This document shows, piece after piece, positions 46,655-56,632 of a DNA stretch of 64,000 nt (its first letter is position 1; each line of letters starts with the position of its first letter). The notes beneath the pieces were generated by a model. It saw nothing but the letters and a program-made list of their open reading frames with translations, made no database searches and was not told the origin of the DNA. The DNA lies in the NCBI GenBank assembly GCA_945901065.1, contig CAMDKI010000004.1:103247-167246 (forward strand). The letters are read 5' to 3'. The DNA is from Chitinophaga pinensis. GTDB taxonomy: Bacteria > Bacteroidota > Bacteroidia > Chitinophagales > CAIOSU01. The translations under genes were made by a program, and so were the position numbers.

Positions 46655-46668
46655 TGGTTTGTTTTTTA

Positions 46669-46808
46669 GGTCTACGGTCCATAGTCGATGGTCCATAGCT
46701 GCTGCACTTATATCTACAAAGAACACAAAGTTTTTTCAGAATGCGAATAGCGAATCATCCAATAATTATTTATCTATCATTGGCCATCGACCATGGACCA
46801 TGGTCCAT
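46669..46808. repeat. inverted pair of GGTCCAT-type heptamer arrays bracketing the SDR-fabI junction
   Basis: About 46669..46699 reads GGTCTAC GGTCCAT AGTCGAT GGTCCAT. About 46778..46808 reads CATTGGC CATCGAC CATGGAC CATGGTC CAT (complementary word). The right array ends 3-4 nt from the SDR stop (46812..46814). Coordinates here are +/-1. Confidence 0.75.
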
Positions 46809-46811
46809 TAA

Positions 46812-47525
46812 CTATCCTCTCAACCACAGAAAATCAGGTATGCTCTTAATTACTTGAGCTACCAACCACCAGCGGCGAGTAATATACGCTACCCGTTTCT
46901 TGTTGATTATGGCACTGTATATCTGTTTTGCGGCCTTATGGCTGGAGGCTACCCAAAACATGCCTTTGTTTTCTTGGGTCATGGGTGTGGCCACAAATCC
47001 TGGGCGAATATCGGTAATGGTAATGTTCGATTTTCTGCGGTTGCTACGCTGCTGTAAGCCCTCCATGTAGCTGCTTACATAGGCTTTGGTAGCAGAGTAA
47101 ACGGTGGCAATATGGGTGCCACGCACCGATGCCACTGACGAAATGCCGGCAATTTGCCCGCCGCCTTGCTGCTCAAAATATTTTACGGCCCAGTTTGCCA
47201 GCGCGGTAAAGCCTGCCATGTTTACCATAATTATTTGCTGCTCTAGCTCCCAAGAGGGTTTTGAGTCGCCAATACCTGCATTGAGCACCAGAATATCCAT
47301 GCCGCCCATTTCGTCGACCAGTTTGGCTAAGGTTTCGCGTGCGGCAGTTGGGTCGGCCACATCCATTTTGCTGATGTACGATTTATTGGGAAGCTCTTTT
47401 TGAAGCTTTTCTAAAAAGTCTAAGCGGCGAGCAGTTATTCCTACTTCATAACCGTTTTCAGAAAAAACTTTTGCCAGATCATATCCGATTCCTGAGGACG
47501 CACCTACAATTATTACCTTCTTCAT
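46812..47525 (-). CDS. SDR family oxidoreductase
   Basis: Trimmed to the ATG at 47525 (MKKVIIVGASSGIGYDLAK…). It has the TGxxxGIG-type motif, NAGI, and the YSATKAYV (YxxxK) catalytic motif. Confidence 0.85.
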   Translation of the reverse strand: MKKVIIVGASSGIGYDLAKVFSENGYEVGITARRLDFLEKLQKELPNKSYISKMDVADPTAARETLAKLVDEMGGMDILVLNAGIGDSKPSWELEQQIIMVNMAGFTALANWAVKYFEQQGGGQIAGISSVASVRGTHIATVYSATKAYVSSYMEGLQQRSNRRKSNITITDIRPGFVATPMTQENKGMFWVASSHKAAKQIYSAIINKKRVAYITRRWWLVAQVIKSIPDFLWLRG

Positions 47526-47865
47526 TGCAGAAAAATACAAAATTCAATTAGAAGAATTTAATCGACCAAGAATTATGTTTCTAGATTTGTCATTTTAAGT
47601 TTTTTTATACTGTCAAATTATTGACTGGCAAACGTTTGTAAGTTAAAGGGGAAAATTTTACTTCAGTAATCCAGAAAAAGAATTGACAAAATTGAAAGTA
47701 GAACTTACATTACCCAACAGATAATTCTGGAGAAAAAGGTAAGGGGTTGGCTTGCAATGTAATATATTTCATTGTACCTTCATCGTCCTTCCTCCTGACC
47801 AGAGGAATTTTATAATGCCAGAATGCGATTGAAAGCAAACTAATTTAATAATAAACCAAACACTA

Positions 47866-50800
47866 ATGAAACTTAACCGTCTGCTATTGGCAGCGTGTCT
47901 ACTGACATGTTGTTTATTTTCATGGCGCGAGGCAAGGGCCTCTCACGCCGCTGGAGCTGACCTAACCTACACTTGTTTAGGTAACAACCAATACCAAATT
48001 ACGCTCACGTTCTATCGCGATTGTAGTGGTATTGCAGCACCTGCAACAGCCGCAGTATCTGTTCTCAATGGTTGTACCAACACTACCACAAACATTACCC
48101 TACAACAGCAGGGCTTTGTTGAGGTAACTCAATTGTGCCCTTCACAAATTGGCAATAGCTCTTGTAACGGAGGCAACCTACCCGGTATACAGCAGTATAC
48201 ATACACCGGTACGTTTACTTTCCCAGCGAGTTGTACCAATTTTACGTTGAGGTATGATTTGAATGCCAGGAACGCGGCAGTGACTAACCTACAGAACCCC
48301 GGTTCGGTAGATTTGTACGTTGAAGCTACTTTGCGCGGCATTACACCAAACATCTGCAACAACTCGTCTATTTTCACCTCTTTGCCCGTGCCATTTGTGT
48401 GCGTGGGCAACCAGTTTTTTTATAACCATGGTGCTATTGACGTGGATGGTGACTCATTGGTTTATACCTTGATTCAGCCATTGCAAGATCCTGGTACTGT
48501 GGTGCCTTGGGCAGCGGGCTATAGTGTAGCAAATCCGATGGCCACAACTAGCGGATTTTCTTTTAGCAATTCTACCGGTCAAATGTCAGGTACCCCAAGC
48601 ATTGCTCAAAACGCAGCTATTGCGGTTCGTGTTGATGAGTACCGTAACGGCGTGTTGATTGGTTCTACCATTCGCGATATGCAGTTTATTGCTGTAGCTT
48701 GTCCTAACAACACTTTGCCAATCGCATCGGGTGTTAACGGCAGCACGGATTACAGTATAAACGTTTGTGCTGGTAGCAACTTCTGTTTCGACATTTTCAC
48801 GACAGACGTTGACGCGAACCAAACAACCACCATTACCTGGAACTCAGGTATTAACGGTGCAACTTTTACTTCTAGCGCAGGCAATAACCAAACAGGTACT
48901 TTCTGCTGGACTCCAAGTATTAGCCAAGTGCGCACCGCACCTTACATTTTTACTGTTACGGTGCAAGATAATGCCTGCCCAAGTGTAGGTAACCAAGTAT
49001 ACTCTTACTCGGTATTTGTAGGTGGTTTGGATGTTGACCTAGGACCCGATTTGAATCTTTGTGCTACATCTGCTACTTTGAGCCCGCTGGTTACCAATGG
49101 CACTGGTGTGTATACTTATGCTTGGAGCAATGGCTCTACCGACTCAACTTTGGTAGTTACACAATCGGGCTCTTACTCAGTTACTATAACTGATGGAACT
49201 GGCTGCAGTGGAAGCAACCAAATTAATGTAAACCTTAACCCGAACGGCAACCGCAACCTTATTTCGTTTAACGATACCACTGTTTGCCCAGGTGTAGCTG
49301 TTACGTTTGATGCAGGAACAGGCTTTAGCACTTATTTGTGGAGCACTGGTGCTACAACTCAAGTTATTACCACGTCTACTCCAGGAGTGATTACTGTAGA
49401 AGCTGCTGATGCTCTTGGCTGTACTTCTCGTGATACGGTTACTTTACTTAACAGTAATAATGCAACCGTAAGCCTTGGCAATGATACTGCATTGTGCAGT
49501 GGTGGTTCATATACCTTCTTTGCTAGTCCATCTAACTTTGCATCTTATTTGTGGAGCGACGGCAGCACATCGCCATCGCTTACTGTAAACACTACTGGCG
49601 TATACTCGGTAACTGTTACTACTGCGGCAGGTTGCACCGCTTCTGATACTGCTCGCTACACTGCGTTTTCGTTGCCATCGGTGACCCTTGGTCCTGATGT
49701 GCGTACTTGTAATAGCTCTGTTACATTGCAATTGCGTCGTGCTGGTACATTTGAGTATGTATGGAGCACTGGTAGCACTTTGCCATCTATTTCGGTAACA
49801 CAATCAGGTTGGTATGGTCTTACTTTGACCGAAATTACCAGCCGTTGTGCGGCTTACGATAGCATTTACGTGAGCGTAAGTGCCTTGCCGGGCATCAACC
49901 TAATACCCGACACGTTGGTTACCGCTTGTGGTGGGATAGTGCCTGGCACCAATGGTGTAGCACTTAATGCTGTTCCGGGTTTAGGTTCTTACCTATGGAG
50001 CAATGGTGCTACTACTGCTAGCACTACTGTTTTCCAAAACGGATTGTACACCTTGACCGTAACAGATAGTATTGGCTGCACCAAAACCGATTCCATTTCG
50101 GTTGTTGCCAGTTCTGCTATTACTATTACAGACGTGAGCACCAGCCCATGCGCGCCTTCATCAGCTACTATTGATATAACTGTTGCTGGTGGTTTGGCTC
50201 CATTTACCTTTAGCTGGAGCGGCCCAAGTGGTTTCACCGCCTCAAGCGAAGACCTTTCAGGCTTGAACATTGGTACATACGAAGTAGTAGTAACCGATGC
50301 TGCGGGTTGTACAGGCAGCCACGTGGTTACGCTTGCTTTGCCTTCAATTACTATTGATGCGGGACCAGATACGGTGAACATTTGCTTAGGTGATAGCACC
50401 ACACTTTCTGCAACTGGTGCCTCTTTCTATGACTGGAACGGTGGTAGCTTGGTAAATGCTAGCGGTTCCTCTGTTTCGGTTAGTCCTACTCAAACTACTA
50501 CATATACGGTAGTTGGTCAGCAACCAGGCCAAGAGCTTGCAGCTAACGGAGATTTTGAATTGGGCAACACTGGTTTTGTTACTAACTACCAATATACTAC
50601 TACCAATTTAATACCTGAAGGTACTTATGCCGTCGTAACTAACCCAACTCCTTTGCACCCAGCCTTCCTTGGTAGCGACCACACAACTGGTAGCACCAAC
50701 TTTATGGCTATCAATGGCTCTGTTAACCCTGGTTTCAGGGTATGGTGCCAAACCGTATCGGTTATCCCGAACACGGACTATAACTTCTCTACTTGGATCA

Positions 50801-53670
50801 GTACCTTGGTGGTAAGCAGCCCTGCTGAATTGGAATTCTCTATTGATGGACAATTGTTGGGCACACCTATTACTGCACCAAACGCACTGAACACTTGGAC
50901 CCAGTTCTTCGCAACTTGGAACTCTGGTTCTGCTACTACTGTAGAGATTTGTATTGTAAACGCTAATACTGCTGCGGGTGGCAACGACTTTGGTTTGGAT
51001 GATATCTCATTCACTCCAGTATGTACCGGTACCGACCAAGTAACCGTGGTAGTAAATGCACCACCAACCGTTAACCTAGGTGCTGATGATAGCTTGTGTA
51101 TCGGTTCGAGCACTTTGCTTGATGCTGGTCAAGGTTTTGGCAGCTACTTGTGGAGCGATGGCTCAACTGGCCAGACTTTATTAGTATCGGCCGCTGGTAC
51201 TTACAGCGTAACAGTAACTGATGCCAATGGTTGCACCAACAGCGATACCATTGCATTAGCTCCTAAACTATGTTGTTTCCCTGCCAACTTTGGCAATATT
51301 TTCACTTTGATTGATGCTACCAATAGCAGCATTAGCTCTGATGAGATTTGGAACGGTAAGTATTATGTAACCGTTGACATGACGGTAAGTAATGGTGCTA
51401 CACTTGATCTTACTAACGTTGATGTGGTATTCTTGTCTGGTACAGGTATTACCTTCACTGACGGTAGCCAAGTACGTGCAAACAACTCTGTGTTCCGTAC
51501 TTGCGAACTAGACCAGTATTGGGATGGATTTGCTTTCTTGGACAGCAGCAACGGTACTTTCAACGAATCGTTGGTGAAGAATGCCGAAATTGGTTTGAAC
51601 ATTGAAACTAGCAGCAAGCTTAACGTAACCAACAGCGAGTTCTACAACAACGCAACTGGTATCCGTTTCGATGGTGCCAGCAACTTTGACGGTGGTATTA
51701 CTGGCAACACTTTTGTAAGCAACGAAGATCGTCCGGAATACTTGGATGCCGCTGGCGCCGTAGTAACCGATTTCTTTGGTGTGAAAGTGTTCAACTCTCA
51801 ATTGAGCGGTATTATCTCTCAAAACGACTTTGTAAACAGCGTAGCCAATGGCACTGTAAACAACTTGTACTTTGGTGTGTATGTAAATACTTCATCAGTA
51901 ACCGTTAGCGGCAACAAATTCACGAACATGTACCGTGCATTTGACCTAACAGGCAATGGTGGTTCGGTAACTTTCGAAAACAACACAGCCGAGTTTACCC
52001 GTCGCTCTTACTTCGATGTTTATCCTATTCGTATTACTGATGTAAACAGCAGCCCAATTTTGGTTGAAGGTAACACAGTAACTTATAGCAGCTTGGCGCA
52101 AAACAACAACAACCAAGTAGCTGTTTATATAGACAACGTTCGCAACTTGGTAATCTCTAACAACACACTTACCGGTTTTGCCACTGGTGTTCGTTTGGGT
52201 GGAGCTTCACGTAACATTGACGTATTGGGTAACACTATTAGCGATGCAGACCGTTTCGGTGTGTACGTTATCGGTGGTCAAAACTACGATATCGAAGAGA
52301 ACATCATTAGCAACATTGGTGTAAGTGGTATCTTCTTGAGCAACGTTCTCACGCAAGCTCGTGTAACTGCCAACCAAATTGAGATTGGTGCTTACAACAA
52401 TACTTTCGGTATCCGTTATGTAGTTACTACTGGCACGGTTACTGCCGCTTCGGTAGTATTTGCTGACAACTGCATAAGAAATAGCTTTACCGCTATACAA
52501 GTGCAGAGCAATGTTGCGAACACTGTTCCTACCATTAGCAACAACTACTTGTACAACTACCAAGGCCATGGCCTATGGAGCGTTGGCTTTACTGGTAGCG
52601 TTGGTACTTGTGCCAACTACCCTGCAGGTGCTGGTCGTAACTCATTTATCAGCAACAACTTGGCACCATTTGGCACTGCATTGGATGTGCGCAGCGACAA
52701 TGCTACTTTGCAAATGCAAGGCAACTCGGCCAACTTGGTTATCAATTTCCCTAACGTGTTGGTAAACACAAGCTGTAACACTACAAGTAACACTGCTTGC
52801 GGCAACCAAATTGGCAACAACGAAGGTGGTGGCCGTGGTGCAGGTTTATTGACCCAATTGTTGTTGTTCCAACAAATGATTGAAAGCACCTACCCAATGA
52901 CCTTGAACTTTGATGAGTATGTTTTGAAAGGTTCTTACATGACCGACATTGAGGCCGTAACTGCCGAAAACCGTATGGAGTATGTATTGAGCATGATTGA
53001 CATCTTGTCAGAGAATGGTAACACTGCCGAAATGGATGTGCTGTACACTGCTATAAACAATAGCAATATACTTACCACCAACGAGCTTGCTTGGGTAGCT
53101 TACCACTACAATGTGTTGGTAGGTAACTACACTGCCGCTGCCAATGCTTTGGTGGCTTACCAAGCTCAAACACCTGATCAGGCTGATTTGAAATCTATCG
53201 AAACCATCCGTACTCAGTTATTGGTTGATGGCCGTACTAGCTTGCAATTGACCGCTAACGAGATTACCATCTTGAAAGGTATTGATGACAACCGTCGCAC
53301 CAATGCTGCTATTGCCCGTGACTTGGTTCACACTGGTATCAGCAATCACGACTACTTCTTCGAAAGCTTGAAAGTGGAGCCTGCTGACAATAGCATTATT
53401 GATGCTTCGGATCTTACTGGCGACTTTGTGAATGTTTATCCTAACCCTACTAACGGTGATGTTACTATTGAGTACAACACTACTGAGGCTTCAGAAGACG
53501 TTTCAATTCGTATTGTTGATGTATTGGGTCAAGTGATTTACGAAACTCCGGTTACGTTTACCAATGGAACACTACACTTGAATATGAACAACTATGCTAA
53601 CGGCGCTTACTTTATCACCGTTACTGGTGCTAAGAAAGTGTTGGCTAACACTAAGTTGATTAAGTTCTAA
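47866..53670 (+). CDS. giant cell-surface protein: N-terminal adhesin-type domain, Ig-like LGPD/SprB-like repeats, CBM-like jelly-roll, parallel beta-helix repeats, helical region, T9SS type A C-terminal domain
   Basis: 1934 aa. Signal peptide, then SHAAGADLTYTCLGNNQYQITLTFYRDCSGI. About 7 units follow of the type LG.D…C…..TL.A..GF.SYLWS.GST…..V…G.Y.V.V.D..GC….D.I.V. The ANGDFELGNTGF…GNDFGLDDISF module is CBM-like. Repeated N-x-x-x-G-I/V turns (NNATGIRFDG, GNTFVSN, NNTLTGFATGVRLGG, GNTISDADRFGVYV) suggest PbH1 beta-helix. The tail is VNVYPNPTNGDVTIEY…GAYFITVTG…TKLIKF. Confidence 0.9.
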   Translation: MKLNRLLLAACLLTCCLFSWREARASHAAGADLTYTCLGNNQYQITLTFYRDCSGIAAPATAAVSVLNGCTNTTTNITLQQQGFVEVTQLCPSQIGNSSCNGGNLPGIQQYTYTGTFTFPASCTNFTLRYDLNARNAAVTNLQNPGSVDLYVEATLRGITPNICNNSSIFTSLPVPFVCVGNQFFYNHGAIDVDGDSLVYTLIQPLQDPGTVVPWAAGYSVANPMATTSGFSFSNSTGQMSGTPSIAQNAAIAVRVDEYRNGVLIGSTIRDMQFIAVACPNNTLPIASGVNGSTDYSINVCAGSNFCFDIFTTDVDANQTTTITWNSGINGATFTSSAGNNQTGTFCWTPSISQVRTAPYIFTVTVQDNACPSVGNQVYSYSVFVGGLDVDLGPDLNLCATSATLSPLVTNGTGVYTYAWSNGSTDSTLVVTQSGSYSVTITDGTGCSGSNQINVNLNPNGNRNLISFNDTTVCPGVAVTFDAGTGFSTYLWSTGATTQVITTSTPGVITVEAADALGCTSRDTVTLLNSNNATVSLGNDTALCSGGSYTFFASPSNFASYLWSDGSTSPSLTVNTTGVYSVTVTTAAGCTASDTARYTAFSLPSVTLGPDVRTCNSSVTLQLRRAGTFEYVWSTGSTLPSISVTQSGWYGLTLTEITSRCAAYDSIYVSVSALPGINLIPDTLVTACGGIVPGTNGVALNAVPGLGSYLWSNGATTASTTVFQNGLYTLTVTDSIGCTKTDSISVVASSAITITDVSTSPCAPSSATIDITVAGGLAPFTFSWSGPSGFTASSEDLSGLNIGTYEVVVTDAAGCTGSHVVTLALPSITIDAGPDTVNICLGDSTTLSATGASFYDWNGGSLVNASGSSVSVSPTQTTTYTVVGQQPGQELAANGDFELGNTGFVTNYQYTTTNLIPEGTYAVVTNPTPLHPAFLGSDHTTGSTNFMAINGSVNPGFRVWCQTVSVIPNTDYNFSTWISTLVVSSPAELEFSIDGQLLGTPITAPNALNTWTQFFATWNSGSATTVEICIVNANTAAGGNDFGLDDISFTPVCTGTDQVTVVVNAPPTVNLGADDSLCIGSSTLLDAGQGFGSYLWSDGSTGQTLLVSAAGTYSVTVTDANGCTNSDTIALAPKLCCFPANFGNIFTLIDATNSSISSDEIWNGKYYVTVDMTVSNGATLDLTNVDVVFLSGTGITFTDGSQVRANNSVFRTCELDQYWDGFAFLDSSNGTFNESLVKNAEIGLNIETSSKLNVTNSEFYNNATGIRFDGASNFDGGITGNTFVSNEDRPEYLDAAGAVVTDFFGVKVFNSQLSGIISQNDFVNSVANGTVNNLYFGVYVNTSSVTVSGNKFTNMYRAFDLTGNGGSVTFENNTAEFTRRSYFDVYPIRITDVNSSPILVEGNTVTYSSLAQNNNNQVAVYIDNVRNLVISNNTLTGFATGVRLGGASRNIDVLGNTISDADRFGVYVIGGQNYDIEENIISNIGVSGIFLSNVLTQARVTANQIEIGAYNNTFGIRYVVTTGTVTAASVVFADNCIRNSFTAIQVQSNVANTVPTISNNYLYNYQGHGLWSVGFTGSVGTCANYPAGAGRNSFISNNLAPFGTALDVRSDNATLQMQGNSANLVINFPNVLVNTSCNTTSNTACGNQIGNNEGGGRGAGLLTQLLLFQQMIESTYPMTLNFDEYVLKGSYMTDIEAVTAENRMEYVLSMIDILSENGNTAEMDVLYTAINNSNILTTNELAWVAYHYNVLVGNYTAAANALVAYQAQTPDQADLKSIETIRTQLLVDGRTSLQLTANEITILKGIDDNRRTNAAIARDLVHTGISNHDYFFESLKVEPADNSIIDASDLTGDFVNVYPNPTNGDVTIEYNTTEASEDVSIRIVDVLGQVIYETPVTFTNGTLHLNMNNYANGAYFITVTGAKKVLANTKLIKF

Positions 53671-53696
53671 TAGTTTGGGGGCTCGCCCCGATTCAA

Positions 53697-53739
53697 TAAA
53701 AATCCCCCTTCGGCAAATGCTGGAGGGGGATTTTTTTTG
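53697..53739. terminator. bidirectional intrinsic terminator between convergent genes
   Basis: AAAAATCCCCCT-TCGGCAAATGCTGG-AGGGGGATTTTTTTT: a 9-12-bp stem flanked by an A-run upstream and a T8 run downstream. It lies between the stops at 53670 (+) and 53784 (-). Confidence 0.8.
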
Positions 53740-53783
53740 AGGAGAATCGGACTGGGAAAAATCGTTAAGATTTAAAGTGAGGA

Positions 53784-54629
53784 TTACATCAACGTAGCGT
53801 GCAGCATGCGGTCTTTGCCTTGCATATCTTGCACAATGGCTATTTGATATTCAACAGAAAGAAACAATTGGCCCGTCTCGCTGGCATAACTTGGGTTCAG
53901 TTCCAAGAAAACATGTTTGGGTTTGTGCTTGCCAGCGTAGGCGGCCAGCTTTTTGTAAAAGATAAGCACATCGTTGCCCTCCGGAAATAGTGCAATACCC
54001 GGTTCGTGCAGCAGCACTTGGTTGGTCATTTGGGTCTTTTCATCCTGCGCAATGTAGGGCGGGTTACTAATCAGTACATGTGGCTGCACCAATTGCGGCC
54101 AAGTACTTTCATCCAAGAAATCGTGTTGGGCAAAACCAATCTGAGTGCCTAGCTCAGTAGCATTCCATTTGGCAACCGCAAGCGCCGCACCCGAAACATC
54201 AATGGCATTTACGGTCCAGTTGCGTCGGGCATGTTTTATGCTTATGGGTATGCAGCCGCTGCCCGTACCCACATCAAGCACCGCAATTTTAGCATCTTTA
54301 GGTACCGATTGCAGCACTAATGCTACTAGCTCCTCGGTTTCGGGTCGGGGTATCAGCACTTCGGGGCCTACCCTAAATTGATGGCCATAAAAATGGGCAA
54401 CCTCGGTTACGTATTGCAAGGGTTCACCTTTGACCAATCTGGCTAATTGTGTATTCAGCAGCAGTTGTTCGTTATCGGCAAGTGGCTTGGGCAGCCTCAG
54501 TTGGTAAGTAACTTTGTTAAGCTTCAAGGTATCTTCTAGCAACCATTGTATTAAATTGGAGGCCTCTCGTTCTTCGTATATACCGGTAAGTTGTTTTCGG
54601 GCATCTAGCCACCACTGTTGCAACGTCAT
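53784..54629 (-). CDS. prmC: peptide chain release factor N(5)-glutamine methyltransferase
   Basis: Trimmed to the ATG at 54629 (MTLQQWWLDARKQL…). It has EPLQYV, LDVGTGSGCI (SAM-binding) and the NPPY motif (LISNPPYI). Confidence 0.85.
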   Translation of the reverse strand: MTLQQWWLDARKQLTGIYEEREASNLIQWLLEDTLKLNKVTYQLRLPKPLADNEQLLLNTQLARLVKGEPLQYVTEVAHFYGHQFRVGPEVLIPRPETEELVALVLQSVPKDAKIAVLDVGTGSGCIPISIKHARRNWTVNAIDVSGAALAVAKWNATELGTQIGFAQHDFLDESTWPQLVQPHVLISNPPYIAQDEKTQMTNQVLLHEPGIALFPEGNDVLIFYKKLAAYAGKHKPKHVFLELNPSYASETGQLFLSVEYQIAIVQDMQGKDRMLHATLM

Positions 54630-54811
54630 GCAAACAAAGGTAATGGAAAAACCATGCAGGCAATAGCGATTGGGGAAATTGCTGTTGCTGATATTAATCA
54701 ATAGTATTTTTTATTAAATCTCCATTATTGCCCTATTCTGCCATAACTTACCCGAGACCGTGCCAATAAATTCTAAACTTTCCGCTATATTTATTGTAAA
54801 GCCCGCTATAC

Positions 54812-56632
54812 ATGAACCACTATAGGAACATGAACCTTGCACTGCTCGCTAAGCTAGATGCATTAGACCAAGCACCTGCAATACTCACCAAATTGCAAGG
54901 CGCATACAAGCAAATATCATACTCCGAACTGAAGGATATAGCTTTTTCGCTAGCAAACGGGTTGGTGCAAGAGGGGCTAATGCACCACGATAGGATTGCT
55001 ATTATCTCTAGCACCCGCGCTGAATGGGTTTATGCCGATTTGGGAGGTCTGCTGGCCGGTGCCATTATATCGGCAGTGTACCCCACTACCCTGGAAGAAG
55101 AAACGGCTTATATACTGAACGACCTAGAAGCCAAATTTGTGTTTGCCGAAGACAAAACCCAGGTAAACAAACTACGGCTGATGCAAAACGAGGTGCCAAG
55201 CGTGCACAGGGTTTATGTGTTTAATGCTGCAGGGGTTGAATTAGATGAATGGGTTAGGCCCCTCTCAGAACTGATGAACGTGGGCAAAGAGTGGAAGGGT
55301 AATGAAGCCAAACTAAGGGCCATAAGCAACAGCATTAGCGGAAGCGATATACTCACCATTATATACACCAGCGGCACTACTGGCTCGCCAAAAGGAGTAG
55401 TGCTCACGCACGAAAACTATTTGGTAACGATTGAAAACTTGTTTGTGCACAGCCCTAAGGCATTTTTGAACGTTAACCGAAACCTGAGTTTTTTGCCCTT
55501 GGCCCATGCCTTGGAACGTATTGGCGGATACTATTTGCTGCTTTATGCGGGCAAAACCATAGCCTATGCCGAAAGCATGGACACTATTATTGCTAACATT
55601 GCCGAAGTGAAACCTGAGTTTATTGCAGGGGTGCCTAGGGTTTATGAGAAAATGTATGCCCGGGTGCGCCAGAACCTGCAAGCGTCGTCGTGGCTAAAGA
55701 AACAGATTTTTTATTGGGCACTCGGCGTGGGCAAAGAAGCAGCCAGTTACAAAATAGCACAGTTGCCATTGCCAGCGTGGCTGGGTGTAAAGCACCAGTT
55801 GGCCGATAAGTTGGTGTATAGCACGGTGAAAAAACGCTTTGGGGGTAAGTTGCAGTTTATGGTATCGGGCGGTGCGCCGCTAAACCCAGAGATTGCCCGT
55901 TTTTTTCACCATCTTGATTTGTTGATTTTAGAAGGGTGGGGGGCTACTGAGGGCACCGCACCATATACCGTAAACCGACCTGAGGAGTACCGCTTTGGCA
56001 CCGTGGGCAAAGCTATACCCGGTGTGGATATACGAATGGCCAATGATGGTGAGCTTGAAGTAAAGGGAGACAATATTTTTCGTGAATACTATAACAAACC
56101 CGATGCTACCGTTGAGTCGTTTACGCCCGATGGCTATTTTAAAACTGGCGATATTGGCACCATTGACCCAGACGGGTGGGTAACCATTACCGACCGCAAA
56201 AAGCAACTCATTATTACCGCTGGGGGCAAAAACGTAGCACCTGCCGCTATACAGCGCCTGCTCGTAATCGGAAAGTTGATTGATGCCGTACACATTATTG
56301 GCGACAACCAGAAATATATTGCCGCTTTGGTAACGTTGGATAGCGATGCGTTGGCTAAATTTGCTCGAGAAGAGGGCATAAAAACCAAAGGGCATGCAGA
56401 GCTAACGAGGCACGAAAAAGTGATAGCAAAAATTGCCGCCGATGTAGAGGCGGCCAATGAGAAATTGGCCAGCTACATGAAAGTAAAGAAGTTTAAAATA
56501 TTGCCTACTAGCTTTACCGTAGAAACGGGTGAACTTACGCCAACGCTAAAGATTAAGAATAAGGTGGTAAACCAAAAGTATGCTGCCGAGATAGCAAGTT
56601 TGTATGAAAAAGAACCGATTAATGAATATTAA
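54812..56632 (+). CDS. long-chain fatty acid--CoA ligase (AMP-dependent synthetase/ligase)
   Basis: IIYTSGTTGSPKGVVLTHENY (AMP-binding signature), EGWGATE, FKTGDIG and ITDRKKQLIITAGGKNVAP. Confidence 0.88.
   Translation: MNHYRNMNLALLAKLDALDQAPAILTKLQGAYKQISYSELKDIAFSLANGLVQEGLMHHDRIAIISSTRAEWVYADLGGLLAGAIISAVYPTTLEEETAYILNDLEAKFVFAEDKTQVNKLRLMQNEVPSVHRVYVFNAAGVELDEWVRPLSELMNVGKEWKGNEAKLRAISNSISGSDILTIIYTSGTTGSPKGVVLTHENYLVTIENLFVHSPKAFLNVNRNLSFLPLAHALERIGGYYLLLYAGKTIAYAESMDTIIANIAEVKPEFIAGVPRVYEKMYARVRQNLQASSWLKKQIFYWALGVGKEAASYKIAQLPLPAWLGVKHQLADKLVYSTVKKRFGGKLQFMVSGGAPLNPEIARFFHHLDLLILEGWGATEGTAPYTVNRPEEYRFGTVGKAIPGVDIRMANDGELEVKGDNIFREYYNKPDATVESFTPDGYFKTGDIGTIDPDGWVTITDRKKQLIITAGGKNVAPAAIQRLLVIGKLIDAVHIIGDNQKYIAALVTLDSDALAKFAREEGIKTKGHAELTRHEKVIAKIAADVEAANEKLASYMKVKKFKILPTSFTVETGELTPTLKIKNKVVNQKYAAEIASLYEKEPINEY

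Noticed and set aside
46620-46741. Apparent 1-nt inconsistencies (possible frameshift) between my hand parsing of the sequence lines and the ORF-track frames around the fabI start.
   Set aside because: The ORF track is internally consistent on both strands across the region (45848..46726 and 46344..46811 are both uninterrupted). The discrepancy is most likely my reading error. Coordinates of the fabI start and of the nearby arrays were derived from, or are flagged as +/-1 relative to, the track.
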